A DNA stretch of 64,000 nucleotides from Octopus sinensis (Eukaryota). The first letter of the stretch is position 1. Each line of letters begins with the position of its first letter. Location: positions 22,258,001 through 22,322,000 of the forward strand of contig NC_043003.1 in NCBI RefSeq assembly GCF_006345805.1. Reading direction: 5' to 3'. Below the pieces are notes generated by a model. It did no database searches, had not been told where the DNA came from, and worked only from the letters and a program-made list of their open reading frames with translations. Both the position numbers and the translations under genes were made by a program. Of this stretch, positions 26,328 through 38,005 are shown piece by piece.

Positions 26328-28122
26328 TCTGATGATGTTAGCGATGTTGGTTGCTAATGAGGTGGTCAAGGGTTGTAATAATGGTGTAAAGAGTTGCTAA
26401 GTAGTTTGATAGCATAGTGGTTGTTAAGGTAGATTATGATGGTGGCAGTGGTTGCTTACATGGTGGCAGAGAAGCTAGACATTGATAATGTTGGTTGTGC
26501 TAATTTGGTGGTAGTGAAGGTAGGTGATGATGGTGATAATTTGTTGCTAATGTGGTAGTGAAAGTAGGTGATGATGTTGATAATGGTTGCTGATGTAATA
26601 GTAGTAGTGAAGGTAAAAGTTGCTAAGGTGGCAGTGATGCTAGTATTTGTCGTTATTGTTGTATTTGTTGATAAGTTCAGCTCTTGATCAAGCATACCTA
26701 TTAATGAATGGCATTGTTCTTGTCATTTCTCCTATCAACAAACCATCTGCTCATTTTTCCACATGTGAAATCAAAGCTCCCTTACTTAAAAAGCAGGAAA
26801 GGGTAGTGCCATCCAACTCTAAAAACAAATGCCTCAATATATTCATCTAACCCATGCTAGCATGGAAAAATAAGCTCAGACAAAACCAATAGTCTTAAAA
26901 ATAGGCTAAGTTTCATGTGCCTAGTTTACAGTAACAGTGAATGCATGTTACCTTGTGGTTAGGATGTTGCACTCATGATGGTAAGATTATGGTTTCAATC
27001 CCGAACAAGGCAGCATGTTGTGTTCTTGGGTAAAACACTTCATTTCATGTTATTCCACTTAGTGATCCAGCCATGACTGACGTACATTTTTCTTCTATAT
27101 GGTAAATCCAGGGCCACATTACTCAATGTGCTTTCTTTATAAAACACTGGGATTTAAAGGTGATTTAGTTGCTATTACTAGCAGTTCAGGCAACCGCATT
27201 AAGGCTCCACATAGAGGCTTCAGGCGATGGTGGTAGTAGTAGGAGGTGATGATGATTGTGGTAACAATTACTAGGATAATGGTGGTAGTGGTGGCAGTAA
27301 AAGCTGTACAGGTGATGGTGGAGATAGTCGTGAAGGAGAAGAATTGCTAATAAGGGTTGGGTTAATGGCTGTGATGGATGTTAGAAGATGACAACATATC
27401 TAGAGTGGTGCTATTGAGTGTAGTGGCTGGGCTTATGGTAATTGCAATTGTTCTGTCTGTGAGAATTGTTACATTTTCAAAACTGAAAAGCTTGACTTTT
27501 CTCAGAGGTCAAGAACTGAATTTGCAACACAAATACACATACATACACAAATACACACACACACACACAAACACTGTTTATATGTGTATGTTTATGCATA
27601 TTTACTCTTGTGTGCGAGTATACATGTGTGGTGTGTGTGTGTGTGTGTGTGTGTGTGTATTTATGCATATGTCTGGATGTAAAGAGAAAAAAAAATAAAT
27701 GTGCATGATTGTGTGTATTAAGTGGTAAACAAAAAATGCAATTTTTAAAAGCATAAATTAAGAGAAATTGCTCCAACTTGCCATCTGCAAGGCAAAAGAA
27801 TAGTCAACAGCCAAATTTGTAGTAACATGTTTAATGCAGTAAACATCAAAAAAGTTAATTAGAAATAATTATACTGTAAGGAAAAGACAACATTAGCTCA
27901 AAGACCAATATAATTTTAATTACTCTAGAAAGTATGGAGCGTTAATTTTTGACATGTTCTGATATTATACTCTGCATAAAAAGCACAGACTTTTACTGTC
28001 TGTTGTGATGTGGTGATGAGAGATTATCGCTCAATGAATATATGGTACTGTACATTTACTTTGATCTGTCTCAGTCCTAGGACTCGTAAAGTCAAGCCTT
28101 AACCTGGTTTCATTAGAATATA

Positions 28123-28634
28123 CTGTAAATCCTTGAGTACAGTCCGCCCTTGAGTATAATACGCAGGGGATTTTTAGGGGGCTGTACCTCTGAAAAACCT
28201 AAACCTTGTGTATAATACTCACCCCTTCTCTAACTTGAGTCAAGAAGGTCTATATATTGTCCTTGGTTTGTAAAAATGTATACGGTAACGTCCTTTATTA
28301 TTATTGTATATATAACATAATGCAAACGTGTAGCTTTTTTGTGCATTTTGTTTGCAGAAAACAATAATAAAACAGTAATAACATTTAATAAATGTTGCTT
28401 ACTGCAAGTTATGGATGATTCTTTTATGACTTCATTGCTTTCAGGCTTAGCTTAAGGCATTTTCATGCCCGACATCACAAAATGCATCTGAATAAACATT
28501 GCCGGACAGCAAATAGAGACTTGGACATTGCTTAGAAAATAATTTTCATTTTTAACCTCATATCTAGTACGCACTAGAGATTTTGACCTTTAAATTTTGG
28601 GGAAAAAATGCAGCTTATACTTGAGGATTTACGA
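28123..28634. mobile_element. Non-autonomous pogo/Tigger-like MITE, copy 2 (inverted relative to copy 1)
   Basis: TA-CTGTAAATCCTTGAGTAC ... TACTTGAGGATTTACGA-TA; both arms align to 11992-12507. Confidence 0.8.
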
Positions 28635-28830
28635 TAAGTGATTGAGATTACAATATAGATCCTTAGTTCATCACATGGTGAACTTCCTAGCTATTGCTGG
28701 AGCACATTTATAGCTGAGTGGACTGGAGTAATGTGAAATGAAGTAATATTTATCCCCACTTAAACATGAATGTACTGTTAGAACAGACTATGCTGTGGTA
28801 GATACCATGCGAGAAATTGAAAGAAGCTTG

Positions 28831-28867
<37 letters not shown>

Positions 28868-29519
28868 GTGTCTGTTTGTCCCCCCCAACATCGCTTTGCA
28901 GCTGATGCTGATGCGTTTACTTCCCCTGTAACTTAGCAGTTCGGCAAAAGAGACCGATAGAATAAGTACCAGGCTTACAAATAAATCCTGGGGTCAGTAT
29001 GCTCGACTGAAGGCAGTGCTCCAGCATGGCTGCAATGAAATGACTGAAAATAAAGAATAATATGTTACAGTATTATCAGATGTGACCAAGAAAAAAAAAA
29101 TGACCGATTTCATTGTACAAGCATGAGTAAATTGCATTAAATAGGCAGATAGGTAACTAACTGGAAGGCAAACATGTTTGGTAAACAGGTACAGCTGACA
29201 TGGGACTCTTCAATTATTGGCATATAAAATAACAGCAGGTAATCAGTGGAACAATTGGTAAAGAGAAACAGAGGGAGTGTGTGATTTGCCATTTCAGATT
29301 TTGTGTGGCCTCTGAACTAAAGATAATGTCAACATTGTCACATCAGAATTATATTTATAGAAATTAGGGTAATAGTGTTTTTTTTATATGCTCCATCATC
29401 TGAAAGTTTGTTCTCCTCTCTGCTGTCTGGCGGCTGCTGCTGCTGAATTAGCTGTGAGAGAATAAAAGTTTTGTTGGTCCTCTTTGGCTGGATAAACAGC
29501 CATGAAGAAATTGTCTTCT

Positions 29520-29825
29520 ATCACCACTGACCTGGCGGTGATGCTGGCGGTAATGATGATGGTGGTGGTGATGGTGGTAGTTGCAGATGGCAGTGGAGAT
29601 GATGGTGGTAGAGTTGCAGATGGTAGTGGTGGAGATGGTGGTGGGGTTGATGGTGGTGAGAGTTGTGGTGATGGTAGTGGTGGTAGGGGTAGAGGATAGC
29701 AGTGATGGTGGTAGAGTTGTAGATGGTGGTGGAGTTGATGATGGTGGTTAGAGTTGTGATGGTAGTGGTGGTAGGAGTAGGGGATAGCAGTGATGGTGGT
29801 AGAGTTGGGGATGGTAGTGCTGTTG
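29520..29825. repeat. GGT/GAT-rich low-complexity repeat; similar tracts at 26400-26660 and 52920-53070
   Basis: Degenerate GATGGTGGTAGAGTTG-type units. Confidence 0.85.
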
Positions 29826-30146
29826 GTAGTTTTCCTGCTGCTGCAGCAACAGTATCTTTTCTACTCGGCTGCATTAGTTGTTTTGCTCTTAGTAGACTTT
29901 CACTTTGGCATCATCATCATAAGTGTCAAAGAAAGCATTTCTTTAATTATCTAAGATCTTTGCTGCCTTTGTCCCATGAATAATTCTTGTCCTAGTAAAC
30001 AATCTAATGATGGAACCTCTAGATAATTTCTAAATTGGCAAGAAATAGCAGCCAGATAACCCTTAAACAACATTCTGCTGCCTAAAAAGGGAGGGACAAA
30101 TTAGACAATACAGACTTCTATATTTAAGAGATGAGGAATTATGCAC

Positions 30147-30350
30147 CTATGCCATATGCCCACGGGCATATGGCATAGTGGTTAAGAGCTACCAACCCCA
30201 AGATTCCGAGTTCGATTCCAAGCAGTGACCTGAACAATAACAATAATAATAATGATATCGAAAAATACCTTAGGAATGAGAACCCATTTTCGAAATTTTC
30301 CCAAGACACCTGAAGAAGGCTGGAGGGTATATCAGTCGAAACGTGTTAAC
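30147..30350 (+). mobile_element. tRNA-headed element with a palindromic 5' end and a hammerhead-like motif in its tail
   Basis: 15-bp inverted repeat at 30147-30161/30164-30178. A box TGGCATAGTGG (30171-30181), B box GAGTTCGATTCC (30208-30219), (AAT)n, then CTGAAGA-A-GGCTG-loop-CAGTC-GAAACG at 30310-30343. Confidence 0.7.
30305..30347 (+). ncRNA. Minimal type-I hammerhead-ribozyme-like motif (degenerate)
   Basis: GACAC-CTGAAGA-A-[GGCTG/CAGTC stem II]-GAAA-CG-TGTT. The core and stem II are present, but about 3 nt appear to be missing at the cleavage site. Confidence 0.5.
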
Positions 30351-30842
30351 AATGCCTTTCATCATATACCTGCTTTGTGAAGCCTAAACAACAACAATTA
30401 CAACAGTTTCTATAAATTCATTTCACATTGAGTATATCTGTAGCCTTCATCATTTCTTTTGCATTGTTTTTGTTAATATTGATGATGAAGCCTCATGTCA
30501 TACATACATCTTATTGTGGTTGATCGTAGTTTGACACAGTCAGATTGATTTATAGATCAGGATAGAATGTGCCTAAAACCATTTTAACTGTTATCATGTT
30601 GTTACCATGCACCATTACTCTCTTTTTACTCTTTTACTTGTTTCAGTCATTTGACTGTGGCCATGCTGGAGCACTGCCTTTAGTCGAGCACATCGACTCC
30701 AGGAATTATTCTTTGGAAGCCTAGTACTTATTCTATCGGTCTCTTTTGCCAAACTGCTAAGTTACGGGGATGTAAACTCACCAGCATCGGTTGTCAAGCA
30801 GTGTTTTTTTTTGGGGGGGGGGAGACAAACACAGACACACAA

Positions 30843-30890
<48 letters not shown>

Positions 30891-31571
30891 CAGGTCTCTT
30901 TCAGTTTCCATCAACCAAATCCACTCACAAAGGCTTTGGTTGGCCCGAGGCTATAGTAGAAGACACTTGCCAAGGTGCCATGCAGTGGGACTGAACCCGG
31001 AACCATGTAGTAAATTTTGGTCTGAAAAGTTTGGTTTGTATGTTGGAAAATAACGGTACCCAGTTATGGTCAGTCTAGTGGGATCAAACTTAGAATCTGT
31101 GTGAGAATGAAACAAACTTCTTTACTATACAGCCATGTCTGTTGGTACCTGTTAAACAATCTTCCAGTTTAGTAAACTAACAAGAATAGCTCAGGTTACC
31201 GCCTTCATATTTAATTATTCTTTCTTTTCATTTTCTCAATTAATTCATTCCATATTTAATTAGAAACAAAAAAATAAGAAAAAAAGAAATCTTTAGTATT
31301 TGCTGTCTTAATTATTTTGAGAATGCCAAGGGACTGGAATAATTTCGGTCGACTTGTCAAACCTGTAAAGTTGTTTTCTCTGACCTAGAAAAACACTGGT
31401 GCAAACTCTTGGTTGTGTGTGTGTTTGTAGATTTCGGGTCATTGAGGTTTTAGCCAAATCAGATGGTTGCCTTGTAAAAGGACTGGTGGATGGTATATTG
31501 TGCATTTATGGTGATAGCTGTAGAATGACGGAATGGTGACTGAATGAATAAACTTTAAATGAAGATATATA

Positions 31572-32089
31572 TTAGGTTGTCTGGAAAGTTCGTGCCAATT
31601 CTTAAAGGAAAAAAAAGGTCAATAAATACTTGCCATTACATTTTTAAATCAACCAAATATGAACCATTTTGTTGCACAATGTGTCTCCATCTTTCCTTTA
31701 ACTTGAAAATACCCTCTTCCCAGAATTGAGGTTTTTTCATGGCAAAGAATTCATCAAGGTATCTTTTTCTGCCATCCAAGGAATTGAAATTTTTACCATT
31801 AAGACTATTCTACAGAAATCCGAAGGAGCAATATCTGGTGAATATGGAGGGTGGGGTAACACATCCGAGCCGAGCTGCAGCAATTTTTGTCTGGTTCCCA
31901 AAGCATCAAGTGCCGCAAATGAACTTTCTTATCTTCATTTAAAGGATTACAGAATTAACACAGGTTATAGGAACATAAACCTTCTTCCATGAAAAGATAG
32001 CTTAAACTGTGCTCTAAATGGAGGTGTAGCCAAATCCTATTTTATGGACTCAACCATGTTCTAAAATAAGTTGAAAGGTAAGCTACTAT
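31572..32089 (-). mobile_element. Internally deleted copy of the same mariner family, one TIR lost
   Basis: One TIR at 31572 (TA-TTAGGTTGTCTGGAAAGTTCGTGCCAATT). The body matches both ends of 8467-9740 with about 720 bp of transposase removed. The opposite TIR is missing. Confidence 0.9.
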
Positions 32090-33529
32090 GTCTGTCATAA
32101 GTTGATAAAACAAGTATTGATTGAGTTTTTGGTTTGTTCCTCATCATCGTTGTTGCTGTCATCATCATTGCTACCATCATCGTCTTTACTCCATGTCTGC
32201 TTTCCATGCTGGCATGGGTTGTGTATGCTGTTTAGTCTGGGTCCTTATTTGCAGTCACTACTCTTCTCTTGGACATGTTAGGGGCACCAGCCTACAGAAT
32301 GTATAGGGGTTCAAGTTACCATGACACCAGTGCTAGCAAAGTTGTTTTGTACCCTACAAGACAGAAATGGTTTCTCACTACTCTGTGTTGTCTGTGCTGT
32401 AGGGGCCTTGTGATCATTAGAGTAGGTTGGAAAGAGAATATGATTGCAGAATATGAACCAGAGTGGAAGAGAGAAAGAGATGAGTATGGTGGAGGATGTG
32501 TTAGTGAGATTAGGGTAACAATGTGGCAAGAGGGAGAAAATAGTGTTAGATGGAGTGATGGAAGAAGGACAGTGATGGCTGAATGCAGTGAGAGACAGTG
32601 CTTGTAGAAGATAGTGGGAAAGAGAAAGCAGAGAACAAGAGATGGTTAATAAGTGACCTTATAAGATGAAGGATGTTGTGGTTGCTAGCAGTATGGGTGA
32701 TATTAACACATAACCATTATCAAACTTTATTCAATCCTGTCTCTTCCACCAAGGGACAATATTTTGCCTCTCATTAGCGTTTGACCTTTTGCATTTAGAC
32801 TGACCATATCTGGCCCAGATATTCTACCTGTTTTATGTTCAAACCAGCCAGATCTAGCCTCTCACACCTAACCTACAATGTCATTCTAAAAATAAACAAT
32901 CACACCATCAAAATCACAAAGCGACAAGATGATGCATGATTAGTTAAAAAGTGTTATTAAATAAGCATTATATACAAGCAAGTTATCTGAATACTTAAGG
33001 GTTAATTGTACACCTCTTGTACAAAACCTAGCTATAGCTTAGTCACTGAAGGAGACTGTATATGATTGCTTGACCTGCTAAAAAAAGTAGTTACCAGTCT
33101 CTTTGAAATAACACATTGTCATATCAAAACAAAGGGGACAAATATGAGGAAATATAGTCATAGATACTAAAAAAAAAAAAGACAGGAGTGGTATGGTTTG
33201 AATGTCTTGATTAGGGGCAACTTTCAGCTATACTACAACAACAATAACAGCAGCAGTTAAATGAATTGAGCTTTTAAAAGTTAATGTGTATAGACTATGG
33301 GCTGTTTTTCATTGCAAGCAACAAGACATGAACTCTTGACTCCTTGGTCTACAGCATTGCATTCTCTCAACTTTATCTGCTTCAACAACTCTGATTAGAA
33401 TTAAAACTGAAGTGCAGAGAAAATGGGGGAAGCGAAGAAGAAAAGGAAAGAAAGAAGTCTAATAGAGTTTATTCTATAATTTAGAAACTATATTGTATTG
33501 TAAGTTGTGTTGTATTGTGTATGTGGAAA

Positions 33530-33692
33530 TGTGTGTGTGTATAGTATATATATTTATGTGTGTGTATAGTATATATGTGTGTGTGTATAGTATATATATG
33601 TGTGTGTATAGTATATGTATGTGTGTGTGTATAGTATATATATGTGTGTGTGTATAGTATATATGTGTGTGTGTATATATTATATATATATA

Positions 33693-33723
<31 letters not shown>

Positions 33724-33920
33724 GTGTGTGTGTATATATTATATATATATGTGTGTGTGTATATATTATATATATGTGTTTGTATATATTATATATATAT
33801 ATGTGTGTGTGTGTGTGTATACATTATATATATGTGTTTGTATATATTATATATATATGTGTGTGTGTGTCTGTGTGTGTGTGTGTATACATTATATATA
33901 TGTGTTTGTATATATATATA
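33530..33920. repeat. Compound (TA)n/(TG)n higher-order microsatellite; similar tracts at 14200-14395, 15385-15650, 40045-40170, 41060-41175, 47595-47850
   Basis: Visible alternating TA and TG blocks; the source of the YI/CV/HT-rich pseudo-ORFs. Confidence 0.95.
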
Positions 33921-34037
33921 TGTTGTGCAGTGCTTGTCTGGTTATAATGATGCACCACTTGTTAGTAATTAGGTGCAATTGTCTATCGTGTATATGACAT
34001 GTCTTGATGTCTTGGAGGCAATATATGTCTGCATGTG

Positions 34038-34068
<31 letters not shown>

Positions 34069-34414
34069 ATAACTGTTTCTGTCTCTGTGTGTTTCTTTCT
34101 TTGGCTCTTTCTGTCTTTCTGACACAGTCTGCGGTTGTGATGGTGGAGGTTGTGTGATTATGTAATTGCCTCTAATTCCTTTTGATGGAACTAAAATGCT
34201 GAAGGGCAATCGAGAAAATCATTTGTTGAATGGTCGGTTTGATGCTTTTGGTAAAGTGAAGAAGGCCTTTGTGTGTGTGTGTGTGGTGTGTGTGTGTGTG
34301 TGTGTGTGTTGTGTGTGTGTATGGTAGAGAGAGAATTGGGGGTAGTGGTTGGAGAACAGGGTATTACAAGTGTATGCTAGTGCTGGTATGTACACACTGA
34401 GTGGTGTTAAGTGA

Positions 34415-34451
<37 letters not shown>

Positions 34452-34633
34452 TGTATGTGCTAAGCCAGACTAAAATATGTTAGTTGAAGAGCAAGGTGGA
34501 GAGGATGGAGAAAGTTTTGTTGAGAGGAGAGATGGAAAAATACTGAATGATGGTTAGAGGAAAGGTTGGGATGAGGGGAAAGAGAAATGATGGGTCTCTC
34601 TCTCTCTTTCTCTTGCTCTCTCACTCTCACTTG

Positions 34634-34693
<60 letters not shown>

Positions 34694-35271
34694 CCTATTT
34701 TCTAGAAGCGAATGAGTTTGGTTTCCACAGGTGTGGGCATGGGTCTGTGGGAATCTCAATCACATGGTTCTGGGTTCAGTCCCACTGCATGACACATTAA
34801 GCGAGTGTCTTTTATTATAGCCCTGGACCAACCAAAGCCTTGTGAATAAATTTGGTGGGTGGAAACTGAAAGAAGCCTGTCTTTGTGTTTGTCTTCCACC
34901 ATCGCTTGACAACTAGTGTTGGTTTGTTTATGTCCCATGTAACTTAACAGGTTGGCAAAAGATACCTTTAAAATAAGTACTATACTTAAAAGAAAATATG
35001 TGCTGAGGTTGATTCATTTGACTAAAAGGCTTCAAGGTGGACCCCCAGTGTAGCCACAGTCCAGTCACTGAAACAAGTGAAAGATGAATGAATATATATA
35101 TATATATTGGGCATAGGAGTGGCTGTGTGGTAAGTAGCTTGCTTATGAACCACATGGTTCCAGGTTCAGTCCCACTGCGTGGCACCTTGGGCAAGTGTCT
35201 TCTACTATAGCCTTGGGCCAACCAAAGCCTTGTGAGTGGATTTGGTTGATGGAAACTGATAGAAGCCCGTT

Positions 35272-36062
35272 GTCATCATCATCATCATCATCATCATTTA
35301 ACATCCGCTTTCCATGCTAGCATGAGTTGGATGGTTCAACTGGGGTCTGGGGAGCCTGAAGGCTGCACCAGGCCAGTCAGATCTGGCAGTGTTTCTACAG
35401 CTGGATGCCCTTCCTAACGCCAACCACTCCGAGAGTGTAGTGGGTGATTTTATGTGTCACCGACACAGGTGCCAGACGAAGCTGGCGAACGGCCACGCTC
35501 GGATGGTGTTTTTATGTGCCACCGACACAGGTGCCAGACAAGGCTAGCAGACGACCACGCTCGGATGGTGTTTTTATGTGCCACCGACACAGGTGCCAGA
35601 CGAGGCTGGCGAACGGCCACGCTCGGATGGTGTTTTTATGTGCCACTGACACAGGTGCCAGACAAGGCTAGCAGACGACCACGCTCGGATGGTGTTTTTT
35701 TATGTGCCACCGACACAGGTGCCAGACGAGGCTGGCGAACGGCCACGCTCGGATGGTGTTTTTATGTGCCACCGACACAGGTGCCAGACAAGGCTAGCAG
35801 ACGACCACGCTCGGATGGTGTTTTTTATGTGCCACCGACACAGGAGCCAGATTAGGCTGGCGATCGGCCACGATTGGATGGTGATTGTTACGTGCCCACA
35901 GCATGGAGGCCAGTCGGTGCGGTACTGGCTACGGCCACGTTCGGATGGTTTTCTTGTGTGCCACCGGCACTGGTACCACAAAGATAAAAATTCCATTGAT
36001 GTTCATCTATTTTGATTTTGTTTGATTTTCACTTGCCTCAACAGGTCTTCACAAGTGTCACA
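35272..36062 (-). mobile_element. Non-autonomous retroelement with an RTE-type (TGA)n tail and an amplified 62-bp internal repeat, inserted into a SINE; shorter copies ~60290-60560 and 63470-63720
   Basis: Begins on + as (cat)n-ttaacatccgctttccatgc, the reverse complement of the 3' tail. The same body occurs at 60.3 and 63.5 kb. The host SINE halves lie at 35110-35271 and ~36118-36345. Confidence 0.75.
35451..35880. repeat. 62-bp tandem repeat arranged as an alternating A/B dimer (three ~124-bp higher-order units plus a diverged unit)
   Basis: Unit starts at 35451, 35513, 35575, 35637, 35701, 35763 and 35826. Variants alternate: A=GACGAGGCTGGCGAACGGCC, B=GACAAGGCTAGCAGACGACC. Confidence 0.92.
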
Positions 36063-36068
36063 GAAGAT

Positions 36069-36117
<49 letters not shown>

Positions 36118-36342
36118 GTTTGTGTGTGTATATGTTGTGTGTCTGTTTGTCCCTCCCCACCAACATTGCTTGACAACCGATGCTGGTATGTTTATGTCCC
36201 CGCAACTTAGCGGTTTGGCAAAAGAGACTGATTGAATAAGTACTAGGCTTACAAAGAATAAGTCCTGGGGTCGATTTGCTCAACTTAAGGCATGGCTTGA
36301 CTCCAGCCTGGCCACAGTTAAATGACCGAAACAAGTAAAAGA

Positions 36343-36381
<39 letters not shown>

Positions 36382-37414
36382 CAATCTCCCACATTCACTC
36401 CTCTAGTATTTTCATCCCATCTTCCAATCACTTTCCATGTCTTTACCTATCTCTCTGTGTATGTAGTGAAAAAAAGAAAGAGTGGTAAAGATATGGGATG
36501 GTGATACTAGAGAGTGAATGTGGGATACAAGAGGGAGCTGTGCCAGTGGATGGGTATAATGTGTGAACAGGGGAGTAGATTTGATATTTTACTTTTTACA
36601 TCTTATTTGTTGTACCCTGTGTTCTGTTTAGACTGACTACACTACCTTTATCAGCTCAACAACTGTGCAGGCTCAATTTAGGATCTATTCAACACCAGGC
36701 TCAACTTAGGATTTGTACAACACCACTGCATCACTTGTATGTGGTGATAAGATCAATGAGGGATTGTAATATGTGATCATTCAAGCAGCTAGAAATGGCA
36801 ACCAAATTGCCTACCATCTTTAAAGAAAAGTGGACATATTGGATAATGTCATCTTAGAAATATATTGAGAAAAACATGGATGGTCATGGCTGGAATGCTT
36901 TTGATCGTGGGTCTGCTGGAACAGGATTAACCTGAGTGATGTGTCATAGCAGCAACAACTGCAGCAGTTATTTATCTCTATTTAGTCAGACATTCTAACA
37001 GATGTTATTCCATCCATGTACTGGTCCATAATAGCCTCACTTTGTATCTCTATGCCATTATCTCTAAGCTGACAAACAAAGAAGCCTAGAAATAACAGCC
37101 TAATCCCCATCAGTTCGCACCTTATCCATCTCAAAAATAAAATGTAAGGACACATTAGGTAACAAATGGAATTCTGGATACTGCTATTATATTTCTACAA
37201 CACATAAAATATTGTAACAATTTCTTTTTATATACAGTTTTTAATAATATTTAATTAGAAAAATGCAATAGGATGTTTTAAAACATTGAATGACTATGGA
37301 AGCCCAATAGAGTAATAAGAATAAAAGGGGTCCATAGTAAAAAGTAGTTGAGAACCACTCCTTTTTCAAAACAGATCTGGGAGCTAAATAACTTCAACAC
37401 CACATTGAATTTCC

Positions 37415-38005
37415 ACATGATTAGCAACACTACCACCACCACCACTACTACAAACTACCACCATCACTACTGTCATCACCACCACCACTACTACCATCAC
37501 TACCACCGCCGCCGCCATTGCTACTGCTACTATTGCCACCGCCACTGTCAACGCTACCGCCATCATCATCACCATCACCACCACCACCATCATCACCACC
37601 ACCATCATCACTACCACCACCATCGTCATCAATACCACCACCACCGTCATCACTACCACCACCACCGTCATCACTACCACCACCATCGTCATCACTACCA
37701 CCACCACCGTCATCACTACCACCACCACCACCGTCATCACTACCACCACCACCACCACCACCGTCATCACTACCACCCCCACCGTCATCACTGCCACCCC
37801 CCGCCGTCATCACTGCCACCCCCCGCCGTCATCACTGCCACCCCCTGCCGTCATCACTACCACCACCCCCTGCCGTCATCACTGCCACCACTGCCACCGT
37901 CATCACTGCCACCACTGCCACCGTCATCACTACCACCACTGCCACCGTCATCACCACCACTACCACCGTCATCACCACCACTACCACCGTCATCATCACA
38001 ACCGC
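37415..38005. repeat. CAC/CAT-derived 21-24-bp minisatellite
   Basis: Units CACCACCACCGTCATCACTAC grading into CCCCGCCGTCATCACTGCCA and CCACTGCCACCGTCATCACTG; produces spurious low-complexity ORFs. Confidence 0.9.

Noticed and set aside
35451-35880. CRISPR-like appearance of the regular 62-bp repeat
   Set aside because: There are no unique spacers (variants alternate A/B), no cas genes, and the context is eukaryotic and inside a retroelement.
35444-36015. Repetitive ORFs (CHRHRCQTRL..., PPTQVPD...)
   Set aside because: Products of the 62-bp repeat shifting frame; no coding signature.
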